64,000 nt of DNA, from NCBI GenBank assembly GCA_037442105.1, contig JBBIQV010000007.1, positions 1-64,000 of the forward strand. Reading direction: 5' to 3'. The DNA comes from Nitrospiraceae bacterium. GTDB lineage: Bacteria > Nitrospirota > Nitrospiria > Nitrospirales > Nitrospiraceae. Both the position numbers and the translations under genes were made by a program. Shown one piece after another: positions 1 to 8,731 of this stretch. The first letter of the stretch is position 1. Each line of letters starts with the position of its first letter. The notes under the pieces are model-generated. The model had not been told where the DNA came from, ran no database searches, and saw nothing but the letters and a program-made list of their open reading frames with translations.

Positions 1-55
1 GAGCACCAGACTACGGATCTGGGGGTTACAGGTTCAAGTCCTGTCGGGCGCGCCA
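1..55 (+). tRNA. tRNA-Arg(ACG), 5'-truncated by the window edge
   Basis: Anticodon arm CCAGA-CT-ACG-GA-TCTGG (6-22), T-arm CAGG-TTCAAGT-CCTG, 3' end GCGCGCCA. Confidence 0.93.
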
Positions 56-149
56 CGAATGCAATCTACCCATGGGGAACAGATTGGACAGCGCCGTGTC
101 CTCGATGTATCATGCGGAGCGGATCGGTTGGTCTAAGAAAGGACACCAT

Positions 150-515
150 ATGGCTACGATTCTTGTCATCGACGATGAAGAATCGATCAGAACTCTGCTT
201 CGGGACGTGCTGGAGAAGGCCGGCCATCGCGTCCTCTTGGCTCGTGACGGACGCGAAGGGCTCACCATATATGATAAGAATCAGGTAGATCTGGTGATCA
301 TGGATATGCTGATGCCGGAGACCGACGGACTTGAAGCCACGCTGCAACTGACCCGCGAATACCTGGACACCAAAATCATTGCGATCACGGGAGCACAGGG
401 GGAACGGAACTTCCTGGACGTGGCCAAACTATTTGGCGCGCGCCGGACCTTCGAAAAACCGTTCGACTTGAAAGAACTCCTGGCCGCAGTCGAGGAAGAA
501 CTCGCTCGCGACTAG
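150..515 (+). CDS. Single-domain response regulator (CheY-like receiver)
   Basis: ILVIDDEE, DLVIMDMLMP, IIAITG and KPF motifs; AAGGA RBS before ATG 150. Confidence 0.92.
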   Translation: MATILVIDDEESIRTLLRDVLEKAGHRVLLARDGREGLTIYDKNQVDLVIMDMLMPETDGLEATLQLTREYLDTKIIAITGAQGERNFLDVAKLFGARRTFEKPFDLKELLAAVEEELARD

Positions 516-594
516 CCCTCTCTTCTCCGGCGCATAGAAATCTCCTTGTGGAAATAGGCCACGCGCATCGATGAGTCACGTTGACAACCGTGCC

Positions 595-1452
595 TCATCG
601 GCCGCCCGTGAGTTCTTTTCTCGCTAACGCGCGCATCATCACCGGATCGCTGTAGCCGACTTCGCTCAAGGCATCCATCAGGTGCATCCCTTTTGTCAGC
701 ACAAGGTCCTTGGCCTTGGCGTATTGCTTCGCATTGAATCTCGCCACCGCCGGCTGGCCGTTGACGATCTGGCAGGCCAGTACGTCGCCACTCACTTCAA
801 GGGCGCCGCCCTGCTCCACCAGCGTCTTCGCTTGTCCAACCGTTATGCCGTGGAGCTTGGCGAATTCGTCCAACCCGCCGGTTTCTACCAGCCGCCCGTC
901 CGGCATGATGCAGAGGCGCTTGAAGTAGGGAGACCAGTCTTTGCGGAAGTCGATGTACTTGAGGTCGCCTCCCTTGGCGACAGCGCGATCTATTGTCCGA
1001 TAGTCGAGGCCGAGGTTCTTCTGCTGGAGCTTGGCTTTCAATTCCTCCGGCAGCGCACGCTGGAACACTTCTGTGGCGGCATCTTCAAGTTGAATCGAAC
1101 GAGACCGCGCCAACTGTTCTGCTTCCGCAAACTGCATCAGATCCAGCACCCAGGTCTGTTTCGGTGTTGCGCCGGTAGGATCGACCTTGCAGGCAAAGAG
1201 TCCTCTCGTTAACAGACCGCCCTCCTGCGGATAGACATAGACTCCGCCTTCCGTCAGCAACCGCGTCATGGTCTCCAGCGGCACACTGTAACTTTCCGAC
1301 AGAACCTTTGCATGGCCTGGCAAGTCCTCTTTTTCCGTCATCGCGCAGACCGTCACATTCCCCGGCGCGTCGAACTCGGTGTAGTCCTCGATGATGTTGT
1401 AGAGGATTGGAGCCTTCTCGGCTTTTGCGGGCTTCCGTTTGATCTTGTACAT
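595..1452 (-). CDS. Hypothetical protein with internal two-fold repeat
   Basis: 285-aa ORF with purine-rich RBS; the two halves share ...GG..(F/L)AC..V and (F/Y)AxAxxL.....LxDAxxEV. Confidence 0.75.
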   Translation of the reverse strand: MYKIKRKPAKAEKAPILYNIIEDYTEFDAPGNVTVCAMTEKEDLPGHAKVLSESYSVPLETMTRLLTEGGVYVYPQEGGLLTRGLFACKVDPTGATPKQTWVLDLMQFAEAEQLARSRSIQLEDAATEVFQRALPEELKAKLQQKNLGLDYRTIDRAVAKGGDLKYIDFRKDWSPYFKRLCIMPDGRLVETGGLDEFAKLHGITVGQAKTLVEQGGALEVSGDVLACQIVNGQPAVARFNAKQYAKAKDLVLTKGMHLMDALSEVGYSDPVMMRALARKELTGGR

Positions 1453-1481
1453 CGCTACCCAACTTTCCTTTTCGATTGCTC

Positions 1482-1563
1482 TTAGCCTTCAGTAATCAGC
1501 CGTCAGCCATGAGTTGCAGAATCGTCTATTGGAGCTGACTGCTGAAAGCTGATGGCTGACAGC
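1482..1563. repeat. Inverted pair of heptamer tandem arrays (TCAGCNN / GCTGANN)
   Basis: TTAGCCT TCAGTAA TCAGCCG TCAGCCA (1482-1509) facing GCTGACT GCTGAAA GCTGATG GCTGACA (1534-1561). Confidence 0.75.
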
Positions 1564-1566
1564 TTA

Positions 1567-3324
1567 TCATCCATAGGGCGGCAGCGTCGTCAGGCGCGTG
1601 TCCTCGACCGGTCCGCCAATCGTGAAATGGTAAAGGGATTGGAACGACAGCCCCTTGATTCCGACAATCTCATGGACCGGATCGTCGAAGAAACAGCCGA
1701 TACCGGTGCCCCTCACTCCTGCAGCCTCCGCTTCGAGATACAGGACCTGCCCCAGCAGGCCAGCTTCCCAGTAAAGACGTGGATACCACCAAGCTCCCTC
1801 TTGCCGCAAGCGTCCATCGAATTCGGCGATCATGCCGAGCGAAAAGGCACTGTCCCCGGCAATCTCCTGGTGGCAACTGACCTGAGCCGCCGCCTTCCTC
1901 GCATCACCTTCGAACAACCAATACAGTGGGAGGTCCTCCGGACAGTCCGGCGCTGGAGCCCAATTCAGTTCGTCATTCATGGATCGTTGCAACAGCGGCA
2001 ACTTTTTTAGATCGCGGACCAGGAAATAAATGCCCGGCGTCAAACCGTCTACCCGATGGACGAACAACATCAGATGAATGGCCGGCTCCCAGGGCAACAC
2101 ATCCCACGGCATCGGCCGGTCCAATTGAGGTAGATCCACACGGGCCATCACTTTCTGCATCATTCGAAAGAAGGTCGAGGAGGGGATCGACGTCTTTCCG
2201 TTGAACGCCACGGCGCTCCGACGTTGCCTGATTACTTGTCCAGCGGTTAGTTTTCGCCCTTCACCCCCATCCTCTCCCCGCTGGGGAGAGGGAAGGGAGA
2301 GGGCGAGCGCAACAGTAGGCTTGTCGGTCTGTGTCTTCCAAGAGGCTTTGGCCGCTTCGTCGATGATATCCCAATGGACCCCGTGCTCACGACTCAGCCG
2401 ATTCGCCTTCCCATGCCACGGCATACCAGCAAGATCTTTCACGACCAGTGGATCGAGAAACAACGGCAGCTCGCCCACTTCAGACCGATTGACGTTTGAC
2501 GAATGACGGATGACGCCGTCTCTGGGCCAGACGATAGCCAAACAGTCAGGATGTTCAGGCTCCGCCTCGCGAAAGTCGTCGGTACGATGAGTGCCCAACA
2601 GCTTCGCAGTCGTGTCTTGGGAAACGCCGTCCAGCAGCGTCATGGTCCAGCCGAGCGTCGCAGCCGCGATCCGTGCCGTTCCAATCGCATGGCCCACGTC
2701 ATGGTTGCAGTAGCGAAACGCACGTTCCCCGTACTTCCACGCTTCCCGCCAATGAATCGAGGTGAGGCCAAACAGAAATGCACCAGGAGGAAATGGAGCC
2801 AGCAGACAAGCGGTTTGTTCGGCAGGGAACTCAGCTCGCAATTCCAATCCATGCTCCTTGGGAGCGTAATGGTAGAGGCCTGAAGGGAGATCGAGGCCTT
2901 CGATCTTGGGCAGCACCAGATAACCTTCGGTCGGATGGAGATTGCCGGACGAGGGATTGCTGCGCAGCGCCCATTGCGTGTTTCCAACCCGTTTCCACGC
3001 CGACAGGGCCAGCCCAAATTCGAGAAACCGCGAGAACGTCGGTACCGTGACCGGCTGGACCGGCACTACTCCCCGCTGGTAGATCGCGTCATACGGCGGA
3101 GAGACCGGCCCGTCATCCGGTTTCAGAAGCGGCAGCGAAAAGAATGGAGCCCCGTCGAAACGGCGAAATGGATCAGGCTGGTTGGCCCAATCCATGTGTC
3201 CAAGAGAACGGGCATACCGGTAGAAATGATGCTTGGTCTGGAGATGATAATGGATCACCCGTTCAATCGGGTCCGCCGGTACAGGCTCGGCTGCCGCTGC
3301 AGGAAGATAACCGTCGGTGCTCAT
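1567..3324 (-). CDS. SagB/ThcOx-family nitroreductase-like dehydrogenase (two FMN-binding domains)
   Basis: YHxxTKH, LRSNPSSGNLHPTEGY, WREAWKYGERAFRYCNHDVGHA, IRQRRS, GIGCFFDD; start placed at MSTDG (3324). Confidence 0.88.
   Translation of the reverse strand: MSTDGYLPAAAAEPVPADPIERVIHYHLQTKHHFYRYARSLGHMDWANQPDPFRRFDGAPFFSLPLLKPDDGPVSPPYDAIYQRGVVPVQPVTVPTFSRFLEFGLALSAWKRVGNTQWALRSNPSSGNLHPTEGYLVLPKIEGLDLPSGLYHYAPKEHGLELRAEFPAEQTACLLAPFPPGAFLFGLTSIHWREAWKYGERAFRYCNHDVGHAIGTARIAAATLGWTMTLLDGVSQDTTAKLLGTHRTDDFREAEPEHPDCLAIVWPRDGVIRHSSNVNRSEVGELPLFLDPLVVKDLAGMPWHGKANRLSREHGVHWDIIDEAAKASWKTQTDKPTVALALSLPSPQRGEDGGEGRKLTAGQVIRQRRSAVAFNGKTSIPSSTFFRMMQKVMARVDLPQLDRPMPWDVLPWEPAIHLMLFVHRVDGLTPGIYFLVRDLKKLPLLQRSMNDELNWAPAPDCPEDLPLYWLFEGDARKAAAQVSCHQEIAGDSAFSLGMIAEFDGRLRQEGAWWYPRLYWEAGLLGQVLYLEAEAAGVRGTGIGCFFDDPVHEIVGIKGLSFQSLYHFTIGGPVEDTRLTTLPPYG
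2257..2303. repeat. REP-like palindromic element inserted in frame in the SagB-family gene
   Basis: Hairpin CCTCTCCCC-GCT-GGGGAGAGG (2271-2291) within CCCTTCACCCCCAT...GGAAGGGAGAGGG; encodes LPSPQRGEDGGEG. Confidence 0.7.
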
Positions 3325-3583
3325 TGTAATGATACCTGCCAGTCTAGCGGGCCGGGGGAAGGGAAGTAAATGCGGCGCTGAACCCTTCCGGCAAGAACTT
3401 AACCGCTCGCGGTAATTCTTGCCCATGTCCCCTGCCCCCCGCGATCGCCCACGCTCACCCGTTCCCACCCTGCCCCCGTTCCTGGACAGTTCGCAAGCAT
3501 CTGCTACCTTTGAAAAGTCGCGGTTCTGATCCGATGTTTCTCAACATTGCATATACGTGAACGCTTTATGGCACGGCTATCGC

Positions 3584-4189
3584 ATGTGGCATGTGGCCCA
3601 TCGCATCCTCGCTCTTGTCATCACGATCATGGTCGGTGCTTTGGAAATCAGCCGGGCCGATGACGTCATGCCCAAATTCACCGTTGGCACACAAGAGGTC
3701 GGGCTCACCGCCGGCTATCTGCTCCCACACCGCCTCACTCGCGACCACGTGACCAAACAGCAAGGTCCCGCCTTGATGCCCTCATGGGGCATGGTGCTGA
3801 CCGATCCTGTGGGGCAAGGATGGTATCGAGGACAGACGACCGTCGGCGCAGAGATGGTCTATATCCAGTTTCGGGAACCGGTCTTGACGCACGGGGTCGG
3901 CTTCACGCCCAAGATCAAGTACACCTTCGTCGCGATGGAACGCGTCCGGCCATACATTGAATTCGCCGGCGGTCCGTTTTGGACCGATCTGGCCGGTCGC
4001 ATTCCTGAGGAATCATCCCAATTCAACTTCATCCTCACCGCCGGCTTCGGGGTGTCATACTTCTTCACAAATCAGACAGCGTTCAATGTCGGGTACCGGT
4101 TCCATCACATCTCGAACGCCGGGACACAATACCCGAATCTAGGCATCAACTCGAGCCTGCCGTTCGGCGGGTTCTCGTTCTTTTTCTAA
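3584..4189 (+). CDS. Acyloxyacyl hydrolase / PagL-like lipid A deacylase beta-barrel
   Basis: Signal peptide; C-terminal YRFHHISNAG..PNLGIN catalytic motif; terminal Phe. Confidence 0.85.
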   Translation: MWHVAHRILALVITIMVGALEISRADDVMPKFTVGTQEVGLTAGYLLPHRLTRDHVTKQQGPALMPSWGMVLTDPVGQGWYRGQTTVGAEMVYIQFREPVLTHGVGFTPKIKYTFVAMERVRPYIEFAGGPFWTDLAGRIPEESSQFNFILTAGFGVSYFFTNQTAFNVGYRFHHISNAGTQYPNLGINSSLPFGGFSFFF

Positions 4190-4190
4190 A

Positions 4191-4988
4191 ATGAGACACT
4201 GGAACTCACGCATGACAAACAGCGCGGGCGGTCGAATGCGGAACATGCCGTCTTGGCGCGATCGGGTCGTGTGGGCCGTCCTCCTCCTCATTCTTCCGGC
4301 CATGCCGGGATGCGCCCGCTGGACCGAGCTGTCCGACCGTTCGTACGTCGAGGAGAAGGCAGGTACCATCTCCATTGCAGCCGATGAACGAGTCCCCGTC
4401 ATTTTGAGCACAGTCCAGGTGAGCCAGAATGGGACGCCGGTCACTACGCCGGCCGAGTTCGAACAGCGGGTTCTGAACCTGCTACAAGACACGAATCTTT
4501 TTTCGCAACTGTTTCACGCCGGCTATACTCAGCCGGCGGAGGGACACAAATTTCTGACTGCCCGGTTATCCATACAGGAAACCGTTGATCCGCACCCGGG
4601 TGAGGCGGCGTGGAAAGGGTTCCTGATCAGCGCCTCGATGTTTCTCCTCGCTCCCGCAATTGCCCTTGAATACGAATACGGTGCGGAGATGACCTTGGAG
4701 ATGGAACGATGGGACGGCGCAATCAAGCACTACCGGGCCGCCTCGAACGGCGCCGCCTTTTATTACCTGTTCGGGGCGACGCCCCTGGCGGTCCAGGAAT
4801 TGAAGGGACAGGTGATCGACGCCTGCTTCACGGCTCTCGTCCAACAGGTCGTCCAAGACACGAATCACTATATGGCCAGCAGCGCGCCTGTGCCGGACAC
4901 AACCGTCCGGATGATTGCCGTGAAAGCCAAGACCGCAGCCCCGAGGATTTTGCCCGTCTCGACCATGCTTGAGCCCCCTATGCAGTGA
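4191..4988 (+). CDS. Hypothetical lipoprotein
   Basis: Hydrophobic stretch ending in lipobox-like MPGC; true start probably 4236 or 4245. Confidence 0.7.
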   Translation: MRHWNSRMTNSAGGRMRNMPSWRDRVVWAVLLLILPAMPGCARWTELSDRSYVEEKAGTISIAADERVPVILSTVQVSQNGTPVTTPAEFEQRVLNLLQDTNLFSQLFHAGYTQPAEGHKFLTARLSIQETVDPHPGEAAWKGFLISASMFLLAPAIALEYEYGAEMTLEMERWDGAIKHYRAASNGAAFYYLFGATPLAVQELKGQVIDACFTALVQQVVQDTNHYMASSAPVPDTTVRMIAVKAKTAAPRILPVSTMLEPPMQ

Positions 4989-5109
4989 CAACGCTCTCCT
5001 CTGAGATTTTGTGTTTCCTACTTCTCAATTCAGTCCCTCTCATCTCTCAATTTCCATCTGGCCGAACCGCCGTGCGCAGTGCTAGGATAGCGTTCCGCTG
5101 AGACCTGAG

Positions 5110-5310
5110 ATGCATCTCGACGAAGCCAGACGGCGGATTGAATCGGCGATGACCCAGTACGGCCGGCAAGCCGGAATGGCGATCGATCTCGTCATCAACG
5201 ACGTGCGGTCGGATCTCGGCGCAAAAGCCGTGAACGAGCTCATCGAGGAATTCGACTTGGAGCTGCTCTACAACATCGCGCCGATGGAATCGGACCACTC
5301 CAACTTTTGA
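5110..5310 (+). CDS. Small hypothetical protein (66 aa)
   Basis: Helical acidic ORF with normal codon usage, co-oriented with the downstream gene. Confidence 0.65.
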   Translation: MHLDEARRRIESAMTQYGRQAGMAIDLVINDVRSDLGAKAVNELIEEFDLELLYNIAPMESDHSNF

Positions 5311-5331
5311 TTCTCCAGGACGCCCTCGCAC

Positions 5332-6414
5332 GTGCCGCTCATCTGGTGTTCCATTTCCGGCCACGGCTTCGGCCATGCAGCACAGGTGGTGCCGGTGCTG
5401 AACGAACTGGCCCAACGAGTTCCCAACCTCAAGGTTATCCTGCGGACCACGGTTCCGCCATCCTTCTTTGCAGACCGTCTTCAGATGAACTGGGAGTTGA
5501 GTGCCGTCCAGCAGGACATCGGGTGCGTCCAGGACGGGCCATTGGCGATCGATGTCCGTGGGACATGGTTCGCGCACCAACGGTTCCACGAACAGTGGGA
5601 GACGAAGGTGCGAGAAGAAATGCAGGCCATTCAGGCCAGCCGGCCGACCGTGGTATTGTCGAATATCGCTTATCTCGCTATCGAGGCGGGGAACACAGCG
5701 CAGATTCCGACCGTGGCGTTAAGCAACCTGTCATGGGACTGCATCCTGGAGCTGCTGCATGAGCCGGGGAATGCGGAGCAGCGCGCGATCATTCAACACA
5801 TTCGACGTTCCTATGCCTTTGCTGATCGGATGCTGCGCCTTGCTCCGGCACTACCGATGTCCGCATTCAAAAAGCTCACCGACATCGCCCCTATCGCTCA
5901 ACCTGTCTCCTCTGAACGGACCTTGGTCAGAGAGATGATTAGGGCCGGCTCACAAGAACGGCTGGTCTTGGTCGGATTCGGCGGGGTTCCTCTCCGTTCG
6001 TTACCGCTCGATCGTATGGAGTCCATGAAGGGGTACCGGTTTCTTGTCGATGGAACCGTCCCAGCCTCCTTCAACCGTGTCCAATCCATGCGCACCCTGC
6101 CGTTTCGCTTCGGCGCCCTGCTCGCTTCAGCCGACCTCATCATGACTAAGCCCGGCTATGCCACTCTTGTCGAAGCGGTCGCCCAGCAGAAACCGGTGGT
6201 CTACGTCCGCCGGCACAATTTTGCCGACGAGCAATCGTTGGTCGATTACCTTCACCGGTATGGGCGAGGAGCGGAGCTCAAGATGGATAATTTCGTTGCC
6301 GGCCGGTGGGAGGACGCGCTGGAGCAGGCGTGGGCTGAGCCGTTACCATCGCAAGATCCGCCGGCACTGTCCGGCGCGCAGGAGACCGCAGCGGTGCTGG
6401 CAGAATATTTCTAG
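5332..6414 (+). CDS. GT-B fold glycosyltransferase-like protein
   Basis: ISGHGFGHA N-terminal motif; LVGFGG, ADLIMTKPGYATLVEA and F.DE C-terminal motifs. Confidence 0.8.
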   Translation: MPLIWCSISGHGFGHAAQVVPVLNELAQRVPNLKVILRTTVPPSFFADRLQMNWELSAVQQDIGCVQDGPLAIDVRGTWFAHQRFHEQWETKVREEMQAIQASRPTVVLSNIAYLAIEAGNTAQIPTVALSNLSWDCILELLHEPGNAEQRAIIQHIRRSYAFADRMLRLAPALPMSAFKKLTDIAPIAQPVSSERTLVREMIRAGSQERLVLVGFGGVPLRSLPLDRMESMKGYRFLVDGTVPASFNRVQSMRTLPFRFGALLASADLIMTKPGYATLVEAVAQQKPVVYVRRHNFADEQSLVDYLHRYGRGAELKMDNFVAGRWEDALEQAWAEPLPSQDPPALSGAQETAAVLAEYF

Positions 6415-6446
6415 CGGTCAAGTTGCGAAGAAGCTGAGGTCATCTC

Positions 6447-7253
6447 GTGCGTGTCGCCGGGTACTTGCTGCACCTGCTCGCCAAGTGGCTCGACGCGATC
6501 GGCAGTCTCTTCTTGCGGGTTGCCACGCTGTTGAACAACCTGTTGCCGGCATTGCTGTCTCCTGCCGATCTCATGAAGTTGATCAAGCAACACTATGAAA
6601 GGACTTACGCCCACGCTGCGCCACAGCTCACATCGGATGTTTACGACTGGACGCTGGAGAGCTGGGAGTTGGAAACGATCGAGCGGCATGGCATCGTCTC
6701 CGGCCGCATATTGGTACTAGGGGCGGGGGTCGGACGAGAGGCCATCGCCCTAGCGCAACGCGGGCTCACCGTGGTGGGGCTGGATGCGAACGGCATGGCC
6801 TTGCAAGTCGCAACGAAGACCGCCAGAACCTTGCAAATTCCTGCCCAGTTTGTGCAGGCGGACTTCCTTCGGTTGCCGTTCGCGTCCGTGCCTTTTCGGT
6901 ACGCCATCATGTCCGGCATCATGTACAGTGCCGTTCCAGGGCGGGCCCGGAGGCTGGCCTGGCTGGCCGACCTTGCGCGCGCTCTTGCACCAGGAGGGTT
7001 GGCTCTCCTCAACTTCCTTATCGACCAGCATCCGCCATCCAGAACGCAGCGGATAAGCCACGCGGCGAACCGGATTCTTGTTAGACTCCCAGGCGCAAAC
7101 CGTTCCTACCAAGCAGGCGATACCTGCGCGCAGAGCCATTTTCTGCATGCCTTCCGAGACGAATCCGAAATTCGGGAAGAATTGGAGCAAGCCAGCGTCC
7201 TGATTCAAGAGCTGAACTGGAGAAAAGGGTTCGCGGTCATCTCCTTTCCTTAA
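6447..7253 (+). CDS. Class I SAM-dependent methyltransferase
   Basis: Motif I ILVLGAGVGRE, then VVGLD, FVQADF and LAPGG. Confidence 0.85.
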   Translation: MRVAGYLLHLLAKWLDAIGSLFLRVATLLNNLLPALLSPADLMKLIKQHYERTYAHAAPQLTSDVYDWTLESWELETIERHGIVSGRILVLGAGVGREAIALAQRGLTVVGLDANGMALQVATKTARTLQIPAQFVQADFLRLPFASVPFRYAIMSGIMYSAVPGRARRLAWLADLARALAPGGLALLNFLIDQHPPSRTQRISHAANRILVRLPGANRSYQAGDTCAQSHFLHAFRDESEIREELEQASVLIQELNWRKGFAVISFP

Positions 7254-7289
7254 AGAAGGTCGTAGCAAACAGCACACGGCGCGCGGCGA

Positions 7290-7465
7290 ATAGCTCCATC
7301 AGCAAACAGCTAATAGCGAGCAGCCAGTAGCTTCAGACAGGCGGCCCGGAGCTTCACAGTTCTAGGCTATTCGCTATTAGCTATCAGCTATTTGTTCTGC
7401 TCGAGAGCTATACGAAGGCCGCTCTGGGCTTCCGGCTATCGGCTATCAGCTATTCGCTATCAGCT
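7290..7465. repeat. Heptamer tandem arrays (AGCNAAT / GCTATNN), inverted arms, upstream of the RiPP cluster
   Basis: AGCAAAC AGCTAAT AGCGAGC AGCCAGT ... GCTATTC GCTATTA GCTATCA GCTATTT ... GCTATCG GCTATCA GCTATTC GCTATCA. Confidence 0.8.
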
Positions 7466-7522
7466 TGGTCCTCTGAAATAGCTCTGGAAGGGCTTTCGGG
7501 GATTTGTTATCCTCACAGCGCC

Positions 7523-7816
7523 ATGGCGCCTGGCTCCATCTATAAGAAGAACCCCGACTTCGTACAGCGCGATGTCGCCGGGGAATGTATCCTGGTGCCG
7601 ATCCGCCGGCAACTCACCGACGTGAACAGCATCTATGTCTTGAACGAAACCGGTGCATCGCTGTGGAACCGCATTGACGGCCAACGTTCCACCAAGCAAA
7701 TCATGACGGACTTCTGTGAGGAGTTTGAAGTCAGCCTCGACCAATTGACGCAAGATTTCACCACACTGCTCAACGATCTTCTCTCGATCAACGCCATCGA
7801 GGAGGTCGTGCCGTGA
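7523..7816 (+). CDS. PqqD-family RiPP recognition element (RRE), stand-alone
   Basis: 97 aa: R.VAGE.ILVP, IYVLNETGASLWNRIDG, EF.V......D...LL..L typical of PqqD/RRE. Confidence 0.92.
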   Translation: MAPGSIYKKNPDFVQRDVAGECILVPIRRQLTDVNSIYVLNETGASLWNRIDGQRSTKQIMTDFCEEFEVSLDQLTQDFTTLLNDLLSINAIEEVVP

Positions 7817-7819
7817 CCG

Positions 7820-8731
7820 ATGGTTGAACGATATCAGCTACACCGCCTTCCCGACCGTTACCCCCTCTCCTGTCAGTGGGAGATAACCTGCCGTTGCAAC
7901 CTGCGCTGCGTGATGTGCTACACGGACTGCCTCAACCGCCCGGACAAGATTCGAGAGGAACTCGCCACACACGAAGTCCTCCGCATCATGGACGAACTGG
8001 GCAAGGCAGGTTGCCTCGAATTGTGCCTCACCGGAGGCGAACCGCTGGCACGACCGGATTTTTTCATCCTCTACGAGCAGGCGGTCAAGAGCGGGTTTCT
8101 GGTCACGCTCTTCACCAACGGAACACTGATCACGGAAACGGTGGCCGACCGGTTCACGCATTTCCCGCCCCATCGGATTGAAATCAGCCTTCATGGTGTG
8201 AACGAGCACACGTTTGAGACCGTGACCCAAACGCACGGCTCCTATCAGCGCTGCGCGGCTGCCATCAGGTTGCTCCGTGACCGCCGCCTGCCGCTCGTAC
8301 TGAAAACGACCGCCATGACTCTCAACCGCCGGGAAATCCTGGACATCAAGCGCTACGTTCAAGGTCTGGGTTCGGTCGGATACAAATTGGGTGAGGAGCT
8401 GCGCCCGGCACTCGACGGGACTGATGGCCCGCTCCGATTCGGTCTCCCGCCCGAGGACTTGAACGATCTCAATCGCGAGGACCCGCAGTTGTGGCAAGAG
8501 ACCTGCCGGAAGCAGAGCGCGCCGGCTCCGCCCTGCCGGAGCGGCATGCGCTCCTTCCATATCGACGCCTACGGATTCCTGCAGTTGTGTTCAGGGAATC
8601 GAAATCAGGGCTATGACCTGCGCAACGGGTCCTTCGAGGAAGGGTTCTACGAGTACCTGCCGGCCTTCGGCTGTCGATGGAAAGTGGACGCAACACCTGT
8701 CTTGCTTCACCCCAGCGTGACTCATGCCTGA
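7820..8731 (+). CDS. Radical SAM protein 1 (short, Twitch-like C-terminus)
   Basis: CNLRCVMC (CxxxCxxC), LTGGEPL, TNG, ISLHG; C-terminal CRSG..FHIDAYG..QLC with no CxxCxxxxxC. Confidence 0.92.
   Translation: MVERYQLHRLPDRYPLSCQWEITCRCNLRCVMCYTDCLNRPDKIREELATHEVLRIMDELGKAGCLELCLTGGEPLARPDFFILYEQAVKSGFLVTLFTNGTLITETVADRFTHFPPHRIEISLHGVNEHTFETVTQTHGSYQRCAAAIRLLRDRRLPLVLKTTAMTLNRREILDIKRYVQGLGSVGYKLGEELRPALDGTDGPLRFGLPPEDLNDLNREDPQLWQETCRKQSAPAPPCRSGMRSFHIDAYGFLQLCSGNRNQGYDLRNGSFEEGFYEYLPAFGCRWKVDATPVLLHPSVTHA

Noticed and set aside
1567..3324. SagB-family gene as part of the RiPP cluster (azole formation)
   Set aside because: Opposite strand, 4 kb away, unrelated genes in between, and no YcaO cyclodehydratase in the window.
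7290..7465. Repeat arrays as CRISPR
   Set aside because: 7-bp periodicity with no unique spacers, and no cas genes.
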